From assembly GCA_026914245.1 (NCBI GenBank), contig CP110439.1, forward strand, positions 1,240,001 to 1,304,000: a DNA stretch of 64,000 nucleotides, given 5' to 3'. Positions 11,955 through 25,860 of the stretch are shown piece after piece. A model generated the notes under the pieces. It was not told where the DNA came from. It searched no databases and worked only from the letters and a program-made list of their open reading frames with translations. The DNA is from Puccinia triticina. Lineage: Eukaryota. Numbering within the stretch: the first letter of the stretch is position 1; every line of letters begins with the position of its first letter. The position numbers were made by a program, and so were the translations under genes.

Positions 11955-14345
11955 GCGTCTGCGGCAAGTTGTGCGTCGAGGCTAGCTTGTTGTATCTGCA
12001 AGGTCATTTGGTGCATTTCAGAAAGCATGCTTGGACCGTCCAAAGTCAAGGCGGGTTTAGGAGCTTCTGCTGCAAGGTCAGCAGTGCCTTGCGTGGTAGC
12101 CGGGGCAGCTGAGCTGGCAGGGGTGGGGGAGGGTTGTTGTGTGCTCATGGTTGGCGTCACAATGCCCTGTTTGTCAGTTGGAGGCAGGACTGGTGGGGCT
12201 GATGCTGCTGGGTTGAAGGGGCCCAGTGGTGGGGGAGGGGGGCGAATCGAGGTAGGCGGGATGACCGGCCACGCACGTAGAGAGGAGGGGTCCGGTGCGT
12301 CGTTAGAGAAAAGGGAGGTGGATGTGGCAGTTTTGAACTCAACGGCAGGCGGGAGGGTCAGCAAGGAGGAGAGGGAGGCAGGGCAGGAAATATTTGTTGG
12401 CGGCTCAATATTGATGCCTGGGGCGCCGGTGGGTATTGAGGGGCCTTTGTATGATGACCCAGGAATTGGGGGGCCAGTAGGCGCTGCAGCAATAAGGGCT
12501 TGGTCCTTGGCTACTTGTTTTGCAATCCGTTTGGCTTTGTTGGCTGTGCGGAGTCCAGCTTCTGTGTCAATGGGTGGCAGGAGTTGATCTGAGGACACCG
12601 TTTGTTGCGTGGACATGTGTCATGTCGTTCAGTTTGGGTAGGGCAGGCTGGGTTCAGGTGTGGGTTGTTCTGGGGGGGGGGGGGGGGGGGGGGGTCTGGG
12701 AGGTCTGGGGTCTGGGGTCTGGCTAGGTCAGGGTTCCCAAGGTTGGTAAATTGTGTTAACGCAGCAACAGCGGATTGGTCGGTTCTTAGAACAATTGGGG
12801 TTGTTTCTTGAAACTGGGGACAGCCGATTGATCAGTTTCTGGGGTGGATAGGTTGTTCCCTGGTCCCTGGGAGAGAATCCAGGGGGAAGGTGAGGTCTGA
12901 TATTTTTGAATTCCAAACAATCCAAGCAATTGTCCGCTTAGTCCAGTAAGGAGTGTATGTTCAAGAAAAAAAAAAAGTGTAAGCGCTGGCTGGGGAGCGC
13001 TTCACTAGGCAAGGTCAAGGGGCGAGTGCAAGGGCACAAAGGGGCAAGGGAAAGCTTTCTAGAACCTCTGTTTGCTATTTTCAGGGTAGTGGAGCTAGCT
13101 CAGGAGAGATGGCATACCAGTCTCTCAGTCAGTATCTACAAAATTGGAGAAGCAGGAGAAGAGGAGGAAAGGAATGTGAGCGGACTCACCTAGCTCAGGA
13201 GAGATGGCATACCAGTCTCTGCTGAGCTAGGAGGGGCGGGGGAGTGGCTGGACTAAGTGCGGGTCCGTTTGGGAACCTGTGATCCTTCTTGTGACACCCC
13301 CAAGGAGAGGGGGTTACAACTTTTTTGCACTTTGCTAATAGTCACCCTGATTTACGCGCGTAAATTTATGTGGAAATATCACAGGATGGGCATTTCACGG
13401 CCACATGAAAAGCAAAACCTTTGTGTTGAGACACCAATTGTCCCCCTGATGTACGCGACTACATGAGGGAGACAATATCACAGGCTGGGCCTTCCCCATC
13501 TTCATGAAAAGTACACACTGGTCATGGAGCCAAGAAAGGCCTATATTCTGGACAAGTTCTGGATTATTTATGGGCAAGTTGTTGTTTATTTCAGGATGAT
13601 TTACAACTGATTTCCACACTGACTTCCAGTATTTTTCATACCTATCCAATTTTTATTTACCAAAGGCCTCCAGCACAGTTATGGAAAAAAATTACGGTAG
13701 GGCACTCACTTGGCAATGTGAAATATATCCCCTGGTGATAGAAACCAGGAGAGAAATAACCACATGTATATCACGTCCAGCTCATGTGAGCTTTGTGCTT
13801 TTGCATTTAAAGCCCATATGGTGAGACTTGAACTTTGCAAAACTCCCTTGCCTGCCAGGGGGGGGGGGGGGGGCATGAAGTGCCTTGCACAAAGTAGGAC
13901 CTCCCATCAGAGAGGGACTTGCATGCAATCCCTGATTCTTAGACAAAGAGCCCATTTACAGTTTGGTTTTTTTGTGGGTGGCCAAATTCATGCCCCCAAA
14001 AACCCCACTTGCCCCAATTCCCACAGGAAATGGCTCCTGCCCCCACATCAGTTCAAAGGTGTGCTTCCCCTCTTAAAATTTGTGGTGTTCACAGCTGGAT
14101 ATCTCTTGGTTCATGGCCTTTAGAGCTGTTGGAAAAAGGTCTCTTTTTGAGATGGGGGTCAGCTGATGTAAGCAAGAATGCAGTATTCCACTGCCTTCCA
14201 ATATATTGAAACAGTTTTGTTTACAAAGCCATATGAATTTATGAAAACATTCTCTCTCAATATGGTTTGCTTTTCTTGTTGTTTGAAAGCTTCAAATGCA
14301 AGGATCAGACCTTATATTGGCAGCTACAAGGCCTAAATTGTATCA

Positions 14346-14575
14346 CACCAGGGAAAAAAATAGTCACTTGATGACAAGTGACATCATGCCAGCTCCAGCG
14401 GGCTACCCACCATCTACCCACCATCCAACCACATCTCCCCCCCCCCCCCCCCCATCTACTTATCTTTCAGAATTTCCACAGGAGATACTCAGGTTTGGCT
14501 GTGCACCACTAAATTCTCATTTCTGGTCAGCTGATACTCAGCTTTGGCTCCCAGCTCATGCTCAGCTTTGGTCAC
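14346..14575 (+). mobile_element. Truncated left end of the CACC-ended element found whole at 21043-22083
   Basis: Near-identical to 21043 onward (caccagg..aaaatagtcacttgatgacaagtgacatcatgccagctccagcgggctaccc); no right end. Confidence 0.8.
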
Positions 14576-14577
14576 AG

Positions 14578-14830
14578 AATCAAGATTTTTGGGAAAAAAA
14601 TACCTATTTTCTTTTCAAAATGGTTTTATAAATGTAGTATTTTGTTTCCTGAGTAGACAGACTTGTAGCCTACTTTCTCAGCTTTCATTCCTTTTGTAGC
14701 TTACTGCCCCTCATAATTACTAGCCCAATTTGTCTACTCTGGACTGGTTCTGAAGTGGTCTTCCAGGTATTTTTGAACTGAAAATTTGAACTTCCCTGAG
14801 CTCGCGCAGGATCAAAGGGGGCAGATTGGT
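14578..14830. repeat. Dispersed repeat; inverted homolog at ~31950-32200
   Basis: Shared blocks (cctatttt.cttttcaaaatg; ctgagtagacag..cttgtagcct; ttactagccca; tggttctg.agtggt) in opposite orientation. 15265-15390 likewise resembles 31545-31715. Confidence 0.65.
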
Positions 14831-15394
14831 TACAGAAATACACCATTTAACAACATTTACAGGATGTTTCTTGCCAGGGGGGATAGATATTCAAAAATAT
14901 GAAATGGGTTAAAATAACTATAAGCCAAGAACCTGGTGAATACTTGTGTGAAGTTTGTGTTAATCTGAGACTGGGCTGCCACCCAGACTTACCCAGATCC
15001 ATTTGCCACAAGTCTAACTTAACTACATATTGTGATTCCAGGAATGCTTGGACAGATTTTTGAGCTGTGAGCTCAAAATCATGGAATCCTGACATTTGAG
15101 TTCAGGTTTTTGGCCTCCCTTCTGGGCAACAATAGGGGGCTGACATGCCAAGTTTTCAGCTGTGTTGGTCAGAAAACAAAAATTTTACCGGTGCTGTGAC
15201 TCAAAGGCCATAACTTTAGCCCACTGAAAATCTTGAATTGTTCAAGCTTAAGCGGAATCACAATAATTCTCTCCTTGGGGGAGCAAAGCAACCTCCAAAG
15301 AATGTTGCTTTGCTCCCCAAGGTTGCGCCTGGCGCCAGCCCAGGCTGTACCAGGGCCCTCCAAAGTGGTGGACTTGTGTTAAGTTGGCCATGAG

Positions 15395-17142
15395 CAACGC
15401 TGGACATGTACGTTAAGGTTACCGGGTAACGTACAGGTACCATAGATTTTTTTTTTACTTTACGGTACATGATTTTGCAATTCTCGTACCGGTGTGGAAC
15501 TCCGTCCGGTGCAGGCCGGCGGCAGTTAGTTGGAGGGGAATGGGGAAAAGAAGTTTTTATGTGCCCTCCGGGTGATGGTCGGGATGAGCAATGAGGATCG
15601 GTTGAGCGATGAGGTTTTGGGGGGGGGAAATTTTACGACGGCGTTGAGCGCGCGTCGGCGGTTTTGTTGTTAGAAGGAAGAAAACTTGAAAGATCAATAA
15701 GATTCGGAATAGCGCTATGGAGGGCGCCGGATAATGATCAATAAACTCTGATGGATTCCTGATTGGGATCAGCTAGGTTCCATGCCGCCCCTCGTCTGAG
15801 TTCGGGGCTGAACTCAGACTCAGGGAGGCGCAGCGCGCTGCGGACCAGTCATCACACCCCGCGCGCGCACAAAGACAAAACAAAACAACACAAAACCACA
15901 AGCAGGCCACAAAAGAGAACAAACCAAACCCTCCCCACTGAACCCATCCAAAGCGCGCAGTAGAGAAAAGGAAAATAGAACAGAGGATCCATGAAAAAGA
16001 AAACAACAACCTGAGAGAACAAGCAGAACAAACAAAGAAAAGGGTGATCCTGAACACGTCTTGAAGGCGCGACGCGCGCCGCGTCGCGAAGATCTTGAAA
16101 GGAACTGAGTCTTGAGTCTTGAAGCTTGAATCCTAGGGCACCTTGGCCAGCCGCGCGCCAGCGCGCAATGCTTTGAACTGAGTCTACATCTGTACCATGC
16201 GGCACACCACACCGGTTATTTTGTTACAGTACGGGGTTTTTTCTTACATGTTCTTTTGAGAGTGCGTTACGGTATCCCAGAATGGGGAATATCAGAATTA
16301 AAAAAGCGGGTAACAGCAGATTGGGCTTGTTACTGGTGATACCGGAACTAGTAAAGGTTTTGCCATTGGCGCCGGACAGCAGATTTGGAGGGATCACAGA
16401 ATCCCCTCGCTGGTTGCTTGACTTACATCAGAACCTTCTCAGCACATCGGCGGGCAACGAGAGGAAACCTGCATAGCAGGAAGGCCAGATGACTGGCAGA
16501 GCTATTCAAGAATCGGATGTTTTTCTCAAGGGGACTTTGGCCGTCGGGACAGGCAATTGAGCCTGGTCGGTAGACTAGAATTCTTCACAGCATGGCGGGT
16601 CTCCCGTCCTGCAAAGCGCCCCGGAGCCGGAAGGGCCCAGACAAGTTCGGCTTCCGTAATTTAGGCTCTGCGACATCTACAGGCCCAGCTTGCTTGATCT
16701 GGGGAGTATCAGCTCAAACTATCATCATGAAACCTTTCGACTGGTCAGTTTCATACCCAGGGTTATTATTGGTGCCGGAGGGGTTGTTTGGATTCAACTG
16801 TGGCGCTTGCGAGACCATTTTTGATTGTAGTGGATTGAAGAGGCTCTGATGGGGTTGCGAGTGCGTGGGCAGGGGGATAGGAATGATCTGATATGTACTC
16901 CCAGAAAAAATTTCTCATCAGATTGGGGTTTTTCACCCTGGTATTGCGGTAACCAGGGGTGACACTGAAACGCGTTACAATAACAGTAATCAGGGCAATA
17001 AAAAAAAAGCAACCAGTACGGTACGGCCCCAGCCCAGAATAGGGTGGTACTAGTACCGCTACCGTAAAGCAGACGGGCAGGAACTCCTGTACAGTATGCA
17101 AAATGGCCGGTTACCGTACAGTACCGTACCGGCCCAGCGTTG
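15395..17142. mobile_element. 1.75-kb non-autonomous DNA transposon with CAACG termini and 7-bp TSD
   Basis: caacgctgg...ccagcgttg ends with gtaccg/tacgg subterminal repeats; TSD ccatgag at 15388-15394 and 17143-17149. Interior partly resembles 5180-5800. Confidence 0.8.
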
Positions 17143-20100
17143 CCATGAGTGGCGTCAAGCTCTAGCTTAACTAAGCCTCTCAAACGGAGGGTCCAGGGGA
17201 CCCCGCCAGGCTCTCTGTAGGAGAGGCTTATGCATAATGTGTGAAATCTGGCAGACAGGGAAGGATTTTCAACCCTAAAAACACAAAAAAAGAATTTAAA
17301 AATCAACAACACATGTACAGAGAAATCTGAGTAGACAGTTCTCTCAGAAGTACTGATGTGCACCGTTTCCCAAGGTTTTGAGGCATAAACTCCAAAACTG
17401 ATTGAAGGAACCTGTTTTGAAGGTCAAAGGAATCCTCAAGGATATTCCATTGCTCTGAAGATCCAATTTTGGATTTTCTGATAATATGCACAATTGAATA
17501 TCCTATCTGCAACAATTAAGTGGCTAGAGGTGTAGGATCTGCACATATCTGCAGGCTTGTGAATCCAATATCCACAAGGCATGATGGTTGTAATTCCTTG
17601 GTTTACATTTCTTTGTGTTTTTGTATTTTTAAAATATTAGTACAAGGAAAACAATTGGGATTGAGGAGATGAGACCAGCACCATTTGAAAGCTGAGGTTC
17701 CGAAGTAGATTTTGGCTCTGGGACAGGTCCGCAGGAGCTGAGGGGGAGGCTGGGTGATGCTAAGTATTTTTCCTCCAGCCATTCATGATTTCTTTCTCAG
17801 CCAAATTTTTGACTTTGTGCACAAGTGCAAGCGCTCAGATTGAGAGTGCTTCACTGAGTGGGCTAAGGAGACGAGGGACAAAGGCACAAAGTTCTAGAAC
17901 GTCTGTATGAATTGCAAACGGGCTAGTTTGGGGGAAGTCTCAGTACTTCCCTTGAAATACAATTGGAGAGAGAGCAAGAGAGAAAACAGAAAAGAAGGGA
18001 AAAGGTCCCACTCACCTAGTTCAGGGGAAGTCTCAGTACTTCCCTGCCGAACTAGGATAGTGAGAATCTGGGGACTAAGTGGGCGGTCGGTGTCGGTCAG
18101 TGATCCTCCTGTGAACCTCTCTGTGAGCTCGCGGGAGCCGCGGCTCACATTCTCCCCCTCTATAGAACAAGCTCGCCGGGAGGGGCGAATGGCGAAGCTT
18201 GAATGGTTGGTGTGGAAGAGACCCAACATCCTCAAATTGTTTGGTGAGGTGGGAAGTGATGATGGGTGTTGGGGGGAAGGGAGCTGGTGGACTGCGGGAA
18301 GGGGGACTCAATTTTTTCTTTTACAATCGGTGGGATGTCTCAGTCTCGGCTTGTTGATGCAATCCAATGTTGAGAGGCTTGGCTGACTTGGAAGGGGGTT
18401 CAGTGGAGGGAGTACAAATGAAGAAAATTGGGGAGTGATTGTGTGAATGAAACGGGACTAGGAAGAGCGGAGAGTTGGCAGGGGGTGAAAGTAGTGGATC
18501 CAGGGTCCGGTCTCTGGCGTGTATTGAGGTGGGGAGCGTGAGAAGTTTCAATCCCGGCCTAATCACTGGTCTTGGTGTCCGCACTGTTAGGATTTTTCCA
18601 CGTAAGCTTCTTCTTTTATGGAGGAGGTGCAGGTTCCTGTGGATCCTAGGGGAATGTATCACATACCCCGCATCCTCTCCTAGGATGGTGCTATCAATGA
18701 GGGACAAGAGCGAAGAGGCAAAGCTAGTTTGCATGTTGTCAGAGTGCTGGACTGCAGCGGCTTCCATTTCTTTGGTGATCAAGTCCTTGTCCTCTCCATA
18801 GCCCTGTGCTATGGCAGAGTCGAGTTTTTCAATTGCTGCTGTCGCTGCTTGCTCCATTTCCGGGTATACACTACCAAGATGGATGAATTTGCGATGTCGT
18901 ATATTGATCAATATAGCGTATATTGATCAATTTATATTGATCAATTTTTTTTTTATTATTCCTCTTGATACCTTTGTCTGTTTTCCATGTCTCCTTGATA
19001 CTATTCTATAATCTCTCTCCTTCTGCCTGTGTTAGCTTCAAGCCACAGGAATTTTTTTTTTCTTTTGCCTGATAACATTCATAAATTTCTACATAAACCA
19101 CTCAATTCTTCCTGAAAAAAAGATGTTGCAAGTTTTAGGATTAATCCAGGGTAGCTGAGGGGTCTCAATTTTTTTTTCTTTTTCTTTTACTTCAACAATT
19201 GATGTTATCAGAAGTCTCCAAATTGACTTTTTTTCAAAAGAGGAAAAACATTGACCCCTGACCTCTCTCATGATACCATCCTGCACACATTTTTAATTTG
19301 GTTGGTTGAACTTGCTCAAGATATTGCATATCATACTTGAAGTGCTACATGCATAGAAGGCCTTTTTGAAATTAGTTTACCAGGGTTTAGCATATTTTTG
19401 TCAGGTTCTTTTTTTTATCTACTTTTGTTATCAACCACAGATTAATGAGGAATATTTCCACATAAAATTTCATTGGACAATTTTTCTGCATATAAAATCC
19501 AGAAATATTTTAAAATATAATTTATTTGGGGTCGCATCCATTATGCAGCAGCAACAATGTGATCAGTTCCCAAATATCACTAATTTGGTAGTTTCTGGCC
19601 CTTTCTGCCACAATATCTCAACACAGCGTGGGAGTTCTTCCATGATATTGGTATCAAAATGTTCAATAGCCACCAAGAATTCATTGTGTACCTTAAATGA
19701 CCACAAAACCTCCAAATGTAGCAGCTACAATCTGACCAGTTGCCAAATCTCACTAATTTGGTAGTTTCTTGGTGTTTCTGCCACTATATCTCAGCGCAGC
19801 ATGGGAGTTCTTCCATGATATTGGTACCAAAATGATCAAATGCCCCTGAAGGTTCATTGGGTACCTTGAATGACCACAAAATCCCCAAATGTAGCAGCCA
19901 CACTGTGATCAGTTGCCAAATATCACTAATTTGGTAGTTCCTTGGTGTTTCTGCCACTATATCTCAGCGCAGCATGGGAGTTCTTCCATGATATTGGTAC
20001 CATAATAATCACATGCCCTCAAAGACTCATTGTGTACCTTCAATGACCACAAAAACCCCAAATGTAGCAGCTACAATGTGATCAGTTGCCAAATATCACT

Positions 20101-21042
20101 AATTTGGTAGTTTCTTGGTGTTTCGGCCACTATATCAAAGCGCAGCATGGGAGTTATTCCAAGATATTGGTACCAAGATGATCAAATGCCCTCAAAGACT
20201 GATTGAGTAACTTGAATGACCACAAAACCCTCAAGTGTAACAGCCAAGATGTGGTCAGTTGCCAAATATCACTAATTTGGTAGTTTCTTGGTGTTTCTGC
20301 CACTATATCTCAGCGCAGCATGGGAGTTCTTACATGATATTGGTACCAAAATGATCAAATGCCCCTGTAGATTCATTGTGTACCTGGAATGACCACAATA
20401 CCCCCAAATGTAGCAGCCACACTGTGATCAGTTGCAAAATATCACTAATTTGGTAGTTTCTTGGTGTTTCTGCCACTATATCTCATCACAGCATGGGAGT
20501 TCTTCCATGATATTGGTAACAAAATGATCACATGCCCTCAAACATTCATTGAGTACCTTGTGTGACCACAAAACCCCCAAATGTAGCAGCCACAATGTGA
20601 TCAGTTGCCAAATATCACTAATTTGGTAGTTTGTTGGTGTTTCTGCCACTTTATCTCAGCGCAGCGTGGGAGTCCTTTCATTATATTGGTACCAAAATGA
20701 TAAAAAGCCCTCAAAGATTCATTGTGTACCTTGAATGACCACAAAACCCCCAAATGTAGCAGCCACACTGTGATCAGTTGCAAAATATCACTAATTTGGT
20801 AGTTTTTTGGTGTTTCTGCCACTATATCTCAGCACAGCATGGGAGTTCTTCCATGATATTGGTACCAAAATGATCACACGCCCTCAAACATTTATTGAGG
20901 CCCTTGGGTGACCACAAAACCCCCGAATGTAGCAGCCACAATGTGATCAGTTGCCAAATATCACTGATTTGGTGTTTCTGCCACTATATCTCAGCGCAGC
21001 ATGGGAGTTCTTCCATGATATTGGTAACAAAATGATCACATG

Positions 21043-22083
21043 CACCAGGAAAAAAAAATAGTCACTTGATGACAAGTGACATCATGCCAGCTCCAGCGGG
21101 CTACCCACCATCTACCCATCATCTACCCACCATCTACCCACCATCTAACCAGTTTAAGAATTTCCACAGGAGATCCTCAGTTTTTGCTGGGCACCACTGA
21201 TCCCCATTTCTGGTCAGCTGATACTCAGCTTTAGCTCCCAGCTTATGCTCAGCTTTGGTGCCCAGCTCATGCTCAGCTTTGTTGCCCAGATCAGAACCAG
21301 TCCTGGCCCAGCTTATTTTAAGCTTTATTCCAGTCATGGCTCAGCTTAGACTCAGATTAGGATTATCATTGGCCCAGCCAATGCTCAGCTTTGGACCAGT
21401 ATTGGCTCAGCTGATTTTCAGCTTTGGATAAATCTCGGCCCAGCCAATGCTCAGATTCTGAGTCTGACCACTCCTGTAACAGCTTATGCTCAGCTGTGGA
21501 CCAGCCTTGGCTCAGCTGATGCTCAGCTGTGGACCAGCCTTGGCTCAGCTGATGCTCAGCTGTGGACCAGCCTTGGCTCAGCTGATGCTCAGCTTTGTAC
21601 CAGCATTGGCTCAGCCAATGCTCAGCTTTTGAAATTTTTTGGCTCAGCTGGTGTTAATCTTTGGAACAGTATTGTCCCAGCTGATCCTAAGCTCTGCACA
21701 AGCCTTTTCCAAGATTATGCTCAGCTTTGGACCATTGTTGGCTAAGCTGATGCTCAGATTTGGAATATTCTTGGTCCAGCTGACACTTGGATTTGTTTCA
21801 GGCTTGGAATATCCAATGCTCAGCTGTGGCCCAGGCTCAGCCAATGCTCAGCTTTGGCCCAGGCTCAGTCAATGCCTACTGCTCAGCTTATGATGAGCAT
21901 CAGCTGTTCCTGGGAAAAAATTAGGATCAGCTGACTGTGCCACATTGAGTGCTCTGGTGTAGTCCTGCAAGCTCTACAAGTGCTGGTGGAGCAGACTTGG
22001 AGCAGCGCTGGAGTAGCTCTGGAGCAGAAACCAAAGCTGAATCATGTCACTTGCCATCAAGTGACTATTTTTTTTTCCTGGTG
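21043..22083. mobile_element. 1041-bp CACC-ended non-autonomous element with internal ~33-bp minisatellite
   Basis: TIR caccaggaaaaaaaaatagtcacttgatg.caagtgacat; TSD atg (21040-21042, 22084-22086); internal gctcagctgatgctcagctgtggaccagccttg repeats. Confidence 0.92.
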
Positions 22084-23913
22084 ATGCCCCTGAAGATTCA
22101 TTGTGTACCTTGAATGACCACAATACCCCCAAATGTAGCAGCCACACTGTGATCAGTCGCAAAATATTACTAATTTGGTAGTTTCTTGGTGTTTCTGCCA
22201 CTAAATCTCAGCGCAGCGTGGGAGTTCTTCCATGATATTGGTACCAATATTATCACATGCCCCTGAAGATTCATTGTGTACCTTGAATGACCACAAAAAC
22301 CCCAAATGTAGCAGCTACAAAGTGATCAGTTGCCAAATATCACTAATTTGGTAGTTTCTTGGTGTTTCTGCCACTTTATCTCAGCACAGCGTGGAAGTCC
22401 TTCCATGATATTGGTACCAAAATGATCAAACACCTCAAAGATTCATTGTGTACCTTGAATGACCACAAAACCCCCAAATGTAGCAGCCACAATGTGATCG
22501 GTTGCCAAATATCACTAATTTGGTAGTTTCTTGGTGTTGCCGCCACTATATCTCAGCACAGCGTGGGAGTTCTTCCATGATATTGGTACCAATATGATCA
22601 AACACCCTCAAAGATTCATTGAGTACCTTGGAAGACCACAAAACCCCCAAATGTAGCAGCCACAATGTGATCAGTTGCCAAATATCACTAATTTGGTAGT
22701 TTCTTGGTGTTTCTGCCCCAATATCTCAGAGCAGCATGGGAGTTCTTCTAGATATTGGTACCATAATGATCACATGCCTTCAAATATTCATTGAGTACCT
22801 TGAATGACCACAAAAAACCCAAATGTAGCAGCCAGGATGTCATCAGTTGCCAAATATCACTAATTTGGTAGTTTCTTGGTGTTTATGCCACTATATCTCA
22901 GCGCAGCATGGGAGTTCTTCCATGACATTGGTACCAAAATGATCAAATGCCCGTGAAGATTAATTGTGTACCTTGAATGACCACAATACCCCCAAATGTA
23001 GCAGCCACACTGTGATCAGTTGCAAAATATCACTAATTTGGTAGTTTCTTGGTGTTTCTGCCACTATATCTCAGCACAGCATGGGAGTTCTTCCATGATA
23101 TTGGTACCAAAATGATCACATGCCCTCAAAAATTTATTGAGTACCTTGGGTGACCAGGAAACCCCCAAATGTAGCAGCCACAATGTGATCAGTTGCCAAA
23201 TATCACTAATTTGGTGTTTCTGCCACTATATCTCAGCGCAGCATGGGAGTTCTTCCATGATATTGGTAACAAAATGATAACGTGCCCCTGAAGATCCATT
23301 GTGTACCTTGAATGACCACAATACCCCCAAATGTAGCAGCCACACTGTGATCAGTTGCAAAATATCACTAATTTGGTAGTTTCTTGGTGTTTCTGCCACT
23401 ATATCTCAGTGCAGCATGGGAGTTCTCCCATGATATTGGTACCAAAATCATCACACTCCCTCAAAAATTCATTGTGTCCCTTGTATGACCACAAAAACCC
23501 CAAATGTAGCAGCCACAATGTGATCGGTTGCCAAATATCACTAATTCGGTAGTTTCTCGGTGTTTCTGCCACTATATCTCAGCCCAGCGTGGGAGTTCTT
23601 CCACGATATTGGTACCAACATGATCAAATGCCCTCAAATATTCATTTTGTACCATGAATGACCACAAAACCCCCAAATGTAGCAGCTACAATGTGATCAG
23701 TTGCCAAATATAACTAATTTGGTAGTTTGTTGATGTTTCCGCCACTATATCTTGGCACAGCGTGGGAGTTCTCCCATGATATTGGTACCAAAATGATCAC
23801 ATGCCCTCAAACATTCATTGAGTACCTTGAATAACCACAAAACCCCCTAATGTAGCAGCCACGATGTGATCAGTTGACAAAGATCACTAATTTGGTAGTT
23901 TCTTGGTGTTTCT

Positions 23914-24127
23914 CACTGCCAGCATATTTGGTTAACATGAAGTCATCCAGTTTAACTGGGATGCACTCAACCAATTTAAAATGGGTTGATCTCATCCAAT
24001 GAAGTAGAAACCCAAGGGGGGTACCTTGGATTTATATTTCATCAGTTGAGATCAACCAAGTTTAAATTGGTTGAGTTCTCCCAGTTTAACTGGGATAACT
24101 TCAACCCAGCCAATTATGCTGGCAGTG
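23914..24127. mobile_element. 214-bp palindromic CACTG MITE
   Basis: cactgccagcata...tatgctggcagtg; TSD tct; removal restores the satellite unit (gtgtttct|gccac). Confidence 0.92.
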
Positions 24128-25860
24128 TCTGCCACTATATCTCAGCGCAGCGTGGGAGTTTTTCCATGATATTGGTACCAAGATGATCAAATGCCTCCAA
24201 AAAATTAATTGTGTACCTTGAATGACCACAAAACCCCAAAATGTAGCAGCCACAATGTGATCGGTTGCCAAATATCACTAATTTGGTAGTTTTTTGGTGT
24301 TTCTGCCACTATATCTCCGCCCAGCATGGGAGTTCTTCCATGATATAGGTATATCAAAATGATCACCTGCCCTCAAACATTCATTGAGTACCTTGGATGA
24401 CCACAAAACCCCCAAATGTAGCAGCCACAATGTGACACAAAACCCCCAAATGTAGCAGCGACAATGTGATAAGTTGACAAATATCACTAATTTGGTAGTT
24501 TCTTGGTGTTTTTGCCACTATATCTCAGCGCAGCGTGGGAGTCCTTCCATTATATTGGTACCAAAATGATCAAACAGCCACAAAGATTCATTGTGTACCT
24601 TGAATGACCACAAAACCCCCACATGTAGCAGCCACAATGTGATTGGTTGCCAAATATCACTAATTTGGTAGTTTGTTGGTGTTTCTGCCACTATATCTCA
24701 GTGCAGCATGGGAGTTCTTCCATGATATTGGTATCAAGATGATCAAATGCCCTCAAAGATTGATTGAGTACCTTGAATGACCACAAAACCCCCAAGTGTA
24801 GCAGGCAAGATGTGATCAGTTGCCAAATATCACTAAGTTGGTGGTTTCTTGGTGTTTCTGCCACTATATCTCAGCGCAGCATGAGAGTTCTTCCATGATA
24901 TTGTCACCAAACTAATCAAATGCCCTCAAATATTCTTTGTGTACCTTGAATGACCACAAAATCCCCAAATGTAGCAGCTACAATGTGATTGGTTGCCAAA
25001 TATCACTAATTTGGTAGTTTCTTGGTGGTTCTGCCACTATATCTCAGCGCAGCATGGGAGTTCTTCCATGATATTGGTACCAATGAATAATCACCCCTGA
25101 AGATTCATTGTGTACCTTGGATGACCACAAAACCGCAGATGTAGCAGCCACAATGTGATCAGTTGCCAAATATCACTAATTTGGTAGTTTCTTGGTGTTT
25201 CTGCCGCTATATCTCAGCACAGCATGGGAGTTCTTCCATGATATTGGTACCAAAATGATTATTCACCCCTGAAGATTCATTGTGTACCTTGAATGACCAC
25301 AAAACCCCCAAATGTAGCAGCCACAATGTGATCAGTTGACAAATATCACTAATTTGGTAGTTTCTTGGTGTTTCTGCCACTATATCTCAGGCCAGAATGG
25401 GAGTTCTTCCATGATATTGGTACCAAAATGATCAAATGGCCCTGAAGATTCATTGTGTACCTTGGATGACCACAAAAACCCCAAATGTAGCAGCCACAAT
25501 GTGATCATTTGGCAAATGTTCTAATTTGGTAGTTTCTTGGTGTTTCTGCCACTATATCTCAGCGCAGCATGGGAGTTCTTCCATGATATTAATACCAAAA
25601 TGATCACATGCCCTCAAACATTCATTTGGTACCTTGGATGACCACAAAACCCCCAAATGTAGCAGCCACAATGTGATCAGTTGCCAAATATCACTAATTT
25701 GGTAGTTTCTTGGTGTTTCTGCCACTATATCTCAGCTCAGCGTGGGAGTTCTTCCATGATGTTGGTACCAAAATGAAAAAATTCCCCTGAAGACTCATTG
25801 TGTACCTCGAATGACCACAATACCCCCAAATGTAGCAGCCACACTGTGATCAGTTGCCAA

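Larger units (their letters stand above)
6866..13318 (-). mobile_element. Truncated gag-type LTR retroelement, interrupted by two insertions
   Basis: 5' LTR 12978-13318 (TG...CA). Gag starts MSTQQTVSSDQLLPP at 12616, resumes after the solo LTR at 11178, and continues across the 6967-10228 insertion (...IHSYLDSLGLCHWCKQHC...PAD | YAPPQSW...GRAT..PAGIAGV to ~6866). No 3' LTR found. Confidence 0.8.
19545..25860 (+). repeat. 173-bp tandem satellite array, ~29 units
   Basis: Landmark gtg(a/g)tcagttgc recurs at 19907, 20080, 20253, 20426 (period 173); two MITE insertions inside. Unit count estimated from net length. Confidence 0.95.

Noticed and set aside
12671..12694. Poly-G tract (similar runs at ~13858 and ~14436)
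   Set aside because: Simple homopolymers within TE debris; length may be unreliable and no function is evident.
19089..19286. Identical 65-aa ORFs here and at 27182-27379
   Set aside because: By-product of the CACTA element's inverted arms.
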